A stretch of 59,970 nt of DNA, the filler included, from Platydemus manokwari (taxonomy: Eukaryota), in NCBI GenBank assembly GCA_037951405.1. It is 5 parts of 5 records of this genome, joined end to end, with 100 filler letters (N's around TTAATTAATTAA, not from the genome) between each part and the next. Parts side by side here need not be neighbours in the genome. Positions count along the whole stretch, not along the records: positions 48,521 to 59,970 come from JBBMOY010575551.1; 4 more parts are not named here. The stretch is one strand, 5' to 3'. Of this stretch, positions 51,501 through 59,970 are shown piece by piece (position 1 is the stretch's first letter; each line of letters begins with the position of its first letter). Below the pieces are notes generated by a model. The model did not search any database, had not been told where the DNA came from, and was given only the letters and a program-made list of their open reading frames with translations. The position numbers and the translations under genes were made by a program.

Positions 51501-53872
51501 AGCCAAATGTGTTCACCTTTCTTTCCTTTGAGGGTTCGTCGCCACAATGTTGAAAATATACCATCGGTCCAATCATTCGTTGCAACATCCAGCCGACCAA
51601 ACATCTGTGGTGCTGTGATGGCTTTTGGATTCATTCTCATTTCTCGATGAGGTTCTCCACAATCACCCATAGCCTAAATATTATTTCAAACAATCTATTC
51701 TGGTTCTTATATATAATGAAACCTTCATCAATATATGAATACAACACGTTTTTCCTGCTCCAGAAGGGCCTAATGTCATCATTCCATGTCGGACTCGTTG
51801 AGTTTCAAAGAGTTGAATTAACTTAAGAACCCATGGTGGATGAGGTATGATAAGAGCATCTTCAATCTGTTTTGTAATCGCTGCCTCGAGATCTGGATAG
51901 CCACCTTTATCAAGTGTTATTCCTGAAAATTTTAGTGAAAATAATAATTTCAGAAATCATCCAAGCATCATTTACCTGGGAACAAATCGTTGATTAAAGA
52001 AATGAACAAGGGTTCATCTTGATCAACAAGCTTGCTCAAATTCATGTCTCTCAATACTCGCATGACCGTCGTTTGTTCAGTGTCGGTGGGATTAGCTCGT
52101 TTCTGTTGACCAAGAGTTCTCAACACTGATAAAATGTTTCTCAATCCAAAATCATAATGGACCTAAAATGTCAGTAATGATGAATATACATCCATATTGT
52201 CAATAGATCCAACCTGTTTCGTGAGTTGTTCTTCGCATAGTTTGTATAACGTATAGAATTTTCTAGCCAGAACGATATTGTCGATAAAACCGCATGAAGC
52301 TAATTTCACACGGATAATAATCTGACGATCTGGAACCATCATAGCGACGTTTCTGAAATTGATTTTCAAATTTTCCGGTAATTCCTGTCTGCCGGCATAA
52401 CCAGGATTCTGAGAAGTAACAATTGAAATAATTCTTGATTAATAGTTATCGTACCATTGTAAGGAAAAGTCCGAATTCTGGATTCATATCCACCAGATCT
52501 CCATCAGTGAACAAGAATTGTTTCTTTCTTTCCTTCTTACACGACAAAACCACTGCAATTTGCTGTGCAGCAACGGATAACACTGGTAGATCAATTCGAT
52601 TGAATTCATCAAAGCATCCCCACGATCCTGACTGAGATAAACCTTTGAAAATTCTTCCAAGACCTCGGAAATCCATTTGATCAGAGCAATTAAAGACAAC
52701 AACGTATTTTCCAAGACAACGACCCATATCTTTAACAGTTTCTGTTTTTCCCGTTCCTGCAGGACCAGCTGGAGCACCTCCCATAGACATTCCCAATGCT
52801 TGAGCTAGAGTAATGTAGCACCTGAAAGATAACAAATATTCTTTGATAAGACTTCGTTTGATAAAGATAATATCGATAAGGATAATTTCTATTTCTATCA
52901 TTATCATTACCTATCAGTGAGAGGCGTGATAACCAATCTCTCAGTACATCCCAGAAACTCATTCTGATATATGAAATCCACATCAGTGATCGAAACAATA
53001 CATTTGTCAACATCTTCAACGAAATAAAATCTTGTTTGTTTCAGCCAATCGAAATCAGTTGGCGATTTGATTTTATCTTTTACCTGGATAATAATAAAAT
53101 AGAAAAGTAAAAAATCAATTGTTATATCAATCCACAACCAGTTGATCGAAGATATCTTTCTGGTGAACGTGAATTGTGATCAGTGTTTCAAATTTAGTCC
53201 GCTCAACTTTGCCGAGATCGGTTGTTGTTTGTTGAATGAGAAGATTTAATAATTGCAAGAAGTGGTCGTTTGTTTGCTGCATGATTTTCTTATCGGATTT
53301 GGCATTCAATAAAGCTTCAGTGGCATCTCTCGTCCAAATGAACTGAATTCCTAGCAATCCAATTTGCGCTGGATACATGTTGAGAAATTCGAGCACATTG
53401 AATTCATTGTCATTGATCGTGTTGTAAGCCGTTCTAATGACACTATGGAGAGATTTTTGGGCCATATTCAAGAGAGCCATTAACCACACTTCTACATTGC
53501 TTTCTGCCTTAACTGGTTTTTCCAACTTTAAAAGAGAATGTGTGGATAAATATAAATGTTGAGAGAACAAGAAAATCTTACTTCCAGCGCTTCTCCTTCT
53601 GACGAGTAGCATGACAAAATGGTTTCGTATTGTTTTTCATGAAATTTAACAGTCTTGATATTGTCGAATACCGATAACAAATGAGCTTGAATTGTATGAG
53701 GATCTGAAGCTTGACCAAGAATTTCCAGTAGTGCTGGATCAGAAACGAAGAAAAATCGGGGAAAGAGTAATCTTTTCTTTTCGAGGTACCTATGGAAGAT
53801 TAATAATATTAATAATAATAAATTAATAATGGTAATAATAATGTTAATAATAATTATATTAATAATAATAAC

Positions 53873-53915
<43 letters not shown>

Positions 53916-56900
53916 TTAAAAATAGTAAATTAATAATGATAATAATAATGTTAATAATCATGTTAATAATAAAGTGAATACAAATTAATAAAAATCAAAC
54001 CCTGTTAAGCTCTTCTGACATATTTCTAATTGCTCAAGCAGGTGAGGTAATAATTGGCTTAATGTTTCATCTCCAACACAACATTGTAATACATTGATAT
54101 TCTCATGTGCTCGTGACATTATTTTGATCCAACTCTTATCAATATTACTAAATCTCTTAGCTTCTTTCGGTAGTTGTTTAGCAATATCACCTCCAACAAA
54201 TACAGCTTCTAAATAGACCCACAGATTTTGAACGGTCATCCATTGTTCAATGATTTCACTGGAATTTGAAAGCTTGAATACCATGTCTTGAATATCCTTT
54301 TTAAATGGAGTATTGTATCTATTGCTCAACAAGGAACTGAGAACCATCAATGAGTCCTCCATGATGGAAATTATTTCGCTCGTATGATCTCCCCGAAGAA
54401 GTAATTCACCACGATTTTTAAATGTTCCAAAATGCAATTCATGAGCACTCCATTCTGCTTTGACGGTTTTTAATTTAGCCTCAATATCCTTTTCTTTGAC
54501 AGCTGAAATGCAAATATCTTCAATTTCTTCTTTGAACTTCAATAACGGAGCTTCAAGAATGTTTCTCAAAGCGAAACCATCCGATTCCACATCGAAATGG
54601 TGTGCGGTCAAATCACTCATTCTCTGCCAATGACGTGGTTTCATCGCTTGGTTGGTCATCAATTCTAATAGCGGCACCATTGCATTGAAATCGTCAATTG
54701 TTTTCCTCAGATCTTCAAACGCTGGCCAGTCTTTCAGACCTTTCGGTAATTTTCGGCATCTATTTTGAAATTCGGTCAATTCATTAGATATCTTTTCGAT
54801 ATCGACATCTCCCCACAAGATATCATAGTAACTATTCACAGAATTTATGACGTCGTTGTAGAGACTGTATAGTTTTTGGAGAAGATTTAATTCTTTCTTG
54901 ATGTCTTTAAGTCTGGCATAATCGGTTACTTGGAGACCAAATAATTCTTCTCCTCCTGAATACGTGATAAATCTTCTTTCCAGATTGTCATATCGGTTCT
55001 GATGAATAATTAACCGATCTGAAGCTTCTCGTGGAGCCAGTCCAACAACCATTGGTCCACTCTATAATTTTCAAATATAAATTACATCTACAAAGGCTGA
55101 GCCATCTAAATTTACCTTATCGTAATCCATATAAAATTTAGAACAATCCTCTTTGAATATTTGGACGTTTTCTATCAATGTCGATCTAAATTCGGGCTGT
55201 ATTGAAATGAGATAATCTTGGACTTGTGATCCATGAGCGATCAATTTTTGCCATGTATATCTGAGAGTATCTACTCGTTCTGTCTCATCTTTCTGAACTG
55301 GTAGCTCATAGCGCACTAACATGGCATATGATTCTTCTACTGGCGTTATTGTCATATCAATTTTTATTTCATTTTCACGAATTTCCTGTCAACACACACA
55401 CATTTATTTCATGAATTATATGCACAGAAAGATTATCTAATAAATAATGGAATCAATATATCTATTATAGACCGAATAAAAATTTATAAATATCTATAAT
55501 TTATTGTATAAATCTATAAGATTTTTATTATTATTTTTTTATATTTTTTGTTTGTAGTTTGTTATTTTATTTTTGTAAGAAACTGATGTAATTATTATAT
55601 CATCAATCCATTATTAAACTATTTATTTATATAATATGAATTGAATCTAGAATATAATATAATATTAATAACCTTCAATGCCCCCATAGCAATTCGAATA
55701 TCATCAAGATCTTTGATCTGCCTGGACAATCTCTTTTCCAAATCTTCAGCAAATGTGAAAATTTTCTCCATTTCTGCTTTATACTTTACGTTGCAAGCTT
55801 TTCCATAACATACACGCCATGATTTCGTTTCAGAAAGCAGACCAATTTTCAGAAATTCAGTGAAGAGCGCTATTGGACCGCAATCATAATACATTTCCTC
55901 AGCATTAATTCTCTTCTCGATGTTTAAATAATCCTTAATGACGAAATCGAATTCTGACACTTTTGGGTCATCCTTCAGAAATTCATCCAAAGTCGTTTCC
56001 TTGTTCTTTGCCCAGAGTGAAGTGTAGGCATTGAATCGACTCATTGCTGTTTCAACTTCTTTTCTCGTTGAATTGATGCAAGTCGAGAGAAGTGATTGAA
56101 CTTTAGCAATCTCCTTATTTTCTGAGACATTTTTGAAGCAGTTCTTGTTCTGATAATTGAAGTTTTGATGTGTGCTCAAACCATCTTCATCTGCGAATTG
56201 GCTACTGCTGCCTAGTTTCATTTTAGCTCTTCGGCCAGTTCCCGAATCACTGAGTCCATCACTTATCGATTGAACAATACTAACAGTTGATTGTCGTCGA
56301 TTTACTGCATTTTCACCGACAAACATTCCAATTTCTTCATCTTCATCCTTTTCGTTTGACTACAATTATAAAATTTGGTGAAATCATCAAGCATTTATTT
56401 CTTTTTATCTTACCTGCAATGCTGCTGCTGCAAGTTGCTTGGCACTTTTCCTCTCTTTACTCCATTGGCTAATTCCTTTACTCACAGAAATAATCATGTA
56501 GGCCGTTTTGTTTACTGTGTGTTGGACCTCTTCCATGTTGGGAATCATAACAATATTAGGGATTTGTAGATGAGCATTGCAACGAAAGAAAGGTTTTGCG
56601 GATGATTTGACACTTGTATCTATTAAAAGAAATCAATGTCAACATGTAATACCAATAATTCCAAATTCAACCATAAGCTATCATTGTCGGAGCAGCAATT
56701 CTTTTTCGCAAGCTTTCTAAAGTGTTTCTGATAACCTTAACAACGGCTTCGAGATTTCGATGATGAAAATGAGTCAAAAGTTCATGAGCAGCTTCAGAAA
56801 TGTTGTGTTTGATTTCTTTGATTCTCTTTTTAGTATGAACGACTTGTGTTGGATGATCGGTTTGAGTTTTCGAAAGTTGTGACGGCGATTTTCTCATTGA

Positions 56901-59183
56901 TTTTCGTTCATCTTAGTTAGAGATTGAAAAATATAAACTAAAAAAAATGTCAGAAATAGAGATGGCTACCTGCACTTTCAATAATATCTTCTTCAAATAT
57001 TTCATCTGACTCGAAATCTTCTTGATCTCCACAAAGCATATTTATCAATTCATTTACTGATTCCTCTACGTTTTGAGATTTTGTGTTTAATATTTTCGCT
57101 GACGCGACGCATAATTCCTTGATTTTATTTAATTATTAATATTGTTGTCACTATTATTATTATAATTATCATTATTGTCATTAACATTATTATTATTATC
57201 ATTATTATTATTATTACTATTAATATCATTATTTTTATTAATATCATTATATTATTATCATTATTAATATCATTATTATTATCATTATTATTATTATCAT
57301 TATTATTATTATCATTATTATTATTAGTATCATTTACTTGTGTAGTGTATACAAATTCTTCAACAGTAACTGGAATATCGCTAGGCAGCTCACAGAGTAG
57401 AACATTACCCATTTCTTCTAACACTAGATCAATACGATATTTTCTCAGATCTTCTGCTCGTTCAAGCAATAACTCCATATCAGCCAGTCCAGCGTAGACA
57501 GAGTCGATGTATTCTTGTAGCTTCATGCTTGTCCAATTATGAGTAGTTAGACCAGGTTCAATGATTCTCTTTAATTTGGCCATTTTCAGAACCATAAGCA
57601 GTTCGTATTCAGGAGGTATTCTATTCGTCACATTTCTGATATAGTTCACCATCAGCTGACAAAATACAATGCTTAATTTATTGAATAATTACACGTAACC
57701 ATACCAATAATTTATTGTGAAATTCTTTGAGAGCATTTTGCTTCATTTTTAGATTGATCGCTGCTGGTGGAATGTCCAATTTGAGCTTCATCATTACATC
57801 GGTTTCTCGAGCAAGAATTAAAATATCTGGATCAAAATTCACATATAGTTCTTTAGTTTCTGGATGTCGAATGATCAAGGACGAATTCAATCCGGTATGT
57901 GTGGCATTGATCTAGATGGAGAAATATCAATCCAATCAAATCACTTGATGAATATCAAAGTCTAACCTGTCGAACCCATTCCTGATGATAAATTAGTTCA
58001 AACGATATTAAGGTTTCTGCCAATTTGTTGTAATTCTTTATAATTGGTTTTGCCTCTGGAGTCTTCAATAAAGCTGGATGTTCCTTTTCAAAAATTTCCA
58101 TCGGTCCTTGAATTCTTCTGAATAATTGACGAGCCCAAGCTATTTTCCCAGCTATTGGAGGCATATCTCTAGCAACAGGAGGATCTTCTTTATTCCGTGA
58201 ATAATGCTTGATAACTGCTTCTACGTCACGACCATAATGAGCAAGAATTTTCATGTATTTTTCTTCGATTCCTAAATCTGGAATATTTAGTCGTTCAAAC
58301 CTTCGAAGAGTTTGTATAGCTCTGCAGGTATTGGTGATTCGATCGAATATCGTATCCATGAAGTTTAGAATGTTGTTCTGAATATTGAATGTAGAATCAT
58401 GGTGAAAATCCATTAAAATAAATTAATAAAAGAATATTTTTAAAAAATTAAATAACTCTATCTTACATGCAGTTCCATAATCTGTCTATTAAAATCGTCA
58501 AAGTCTTGATTGAACTCTGTTTTACGTTGATCGAGAAAGTTATAATTCTTCTTCTTGATCACCGATGTCACCACATTGAATTTTGTGGCAATGCTCTCAA
58601 GACCTTCGATGTTGGCTTGAGAAAGAACTGAATAGGTTTTGATTGTTTCAAAGATTTGAATGATGCTCGTCAATCGTCGACAAAACGTGTCGAATTTTCC
58701 GAATATATACATCTCTGATAATTCGAATTGTTTCTCATTCGGTTGTTTCGATAATCGCTGCTTAGTTTCTTGGAAACAAGCTTGATAGACTTTACTCAGT
58801 TCACAGCAAAGTACAAGTCTTTTCAAGAGTTCATCCGAATCAAGAGTCCAAATCGTTTCCGTATTGTCATCACTGATGTAAATTTTGCAGCTTGTTATCA
58901 TTTGATTGGTGATCTTCACGAATAGTGACGTCATCTTTTCTGATGTGTTGTAGAATTGAGAAATGCTGTGAATCATCCTGACGGAATTGATCAATTTTGG
59001 AATGTTCTCTATCATCAAGGCCTACAAAAGATTTAAGTGATATATATTTTAAACGTTGCTTTGACAAACTGGATTATTTTGATAGAGTGGGGCACAATGT
59101 TCTTCCAGTGTATAAAGAAATTTGACATTATCTTTAGCTTCATTAGCAGCATCCGTGATTCTGCGATCCATTTCAATCCAGGT
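48545..59183 (-). CDS. DNAH5: Axonemal outer-arm dynein heavy chain, DNAH5/DNAH8 (gamma-type) family; partial, tail to AAA3/AAA4 junction
   Basis: More than 20 in-frame GT-AG exons. Tail [22 protein letters not shown]; linker [31 protein letters not shown]; AAA1 [10 protein letters not shown] and [10 protein letters not shown]; AAA2 GPSGAGKT and [30 protein letters not shown]; AAA3 [11 protein letters not shown] (typical of DNAH5/8); [25 protein letters not shown]5 and DNAH8 cannot be separated in an invertebrate. Confidence 0.95.
48714..48845 (-). CDS. Dynein alternative exon B (132 nt), paralogous to exon A
   Basis: ctaacctatag|A TTT...ATG AG|gtatca; encodes (R)[43 protein letters not shown](R). 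Confidence 0.85.
48950..49072 (-). CDS. Dynein alternative exon A (123 nt)
   Basis: gatag|A TTC...TTA AG|gtaatc; encodes (R)[40 protein letters not shown](R). Confidence 0.88.
49670..50020. repeat. (TTA)n low-complexity tract in a dynein intron
   Basis: Seen directly; a similar tract lies at 49100-49180. Confidence 0.85.
53800..53970. repeat. (AAT)n microsatellite filling a dynein intron
   Basis: Seen directly. Confidence 0.9.
57125..57330. repeat. (ATT/ATC)n microsatellite filling a dynein intron
   Basis: Seen directly; causes the spurious poly-N/poly-I tail of ORF 57125..57652. Confidence 0.9.
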
Positions 59184-59482
59184 CTGGAAGGAATTAATAA
59201 TATATCAAACTGGGATATTCGACCGAATGTTAAATTCAGTGAGTCGTATACATACTCATGCACAATCAATTTCCGATTGTTTAATAATAAAAATAAGGAA
59301 ATCAATAAGTCACTGAAATGGTCTTATAATTGTAAGACACTGAAAATCGATACAATTTTTCCAGAGATAAGATGAATCAAATAATTACCTAATAGTTGGC
59401 ACCAATCACTGGAGAAGTAATTTTAACACAGAACTCAAATAACCGAACAATATTAGAGACATCTTTTGAAAAACACAGATCC

Positions 59483-59496
59483 GTTGCCATAGAGAC
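59483..59496 (-). promoter_or_regulatory. RFX X-box
   Basis: Minus-strand GTCTCTATGGCAAC fits RTHNYYWTRRNRAC at 14/14 positions and lies in a ciliary gene. A second near-match ATAACCACGGTAAC lies at 59733-59746. Confidence 0.6.
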
Positions 59497-59970
59497 TCGT
59501 GTGTTAAGGTTTAAGATCGATATTTCCAAAGATGTACAACGCTGTGGCAACTATTTTACTGAAAACAATAGTTCTGGAAAACATATCTTGTACCGGAACA
59601 CTGTCAGACTAACAGAAAATTTGTTTTGTTGTTTTCAGCTATGAGAAAAGAATACGGTGTGCCATTATTATTATTTGAATAAACTCTCAGTAATAATATT
59701 GTTCGTTGAATGAAGACTTGTGTGCCAACTGTGTTACCGTGGTTATGAAACGATATTTTGCAAATGAAATGGGATGTATTGTGTGAGGGATTATGCATAA
59801 AGTAATTATTCTAAAATATTGCCATCAATATTTATAATCAATATAAATCAATTTAAATTTTCAATTCAAATTTAAACGAGAAAATGCATTAAATGATGTT
59901 TGTTCCTCTTGCATGCTATTAAGGGCGTTCACTACCATTTAGCTTCAAATGATGAATACTTCTTTTAGAT

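Noticed and set aside
57125-57335. Poly-Asn / poly-Ile tail on ORF 57125..57652
   Set aside because: Read-through into an intronic trinucleotide repeat after the donor at ...YTTQ|gt.
50081-59644. Plus-strand and alternate-frame ORFs overlapping the dynein gene
   Set aside because: Antisense or off-frame shadows of dynein exons, or short chance ORFs in its intron; none has a recognisable domain.

Overview
AT-rich eukaryotic genomic DNA with many 32-55 nt GT-AG introns, most consistent with a planarian-type flatworm (inference). The window is five segments joined by artificial 100-bp spacers (N44-TTAATTAATTAA-N44), plus one 139-N gap, so adjacency across the spacers is unproven. Spliced genes reconstructed by hand: LARP1 (+, 13 exons, La motif and DM15); SPEN/split-ends (-, two RRMs, a 5.2-kb exon, SPOC; 5' end unresolved); the 5' part of an M14 zinc carboxypeptidase that is absent from the ORF track; a TMEM200-like gene; an intronless C-type lectin-domain receptor; and the central part of an outer-arm axonemal dynein heavy chain (DNAH5/8 type). 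Mobile DNA includes a decayed Polinton/Maverick double-jelly-roll capsid gene, a hAT MITE, an LTR-like repeat family and retroelement relics. The best candidate for something undescribed is in the dynein gene: two tandem homologous same-phase exons (likely mutually exclusive) between AAA3 and AAA4, separated by an intron with a donor-proximal hairpin and CUAAC repeats. An RFX X-box cluster in an upstream intron may mark an internal promoter.
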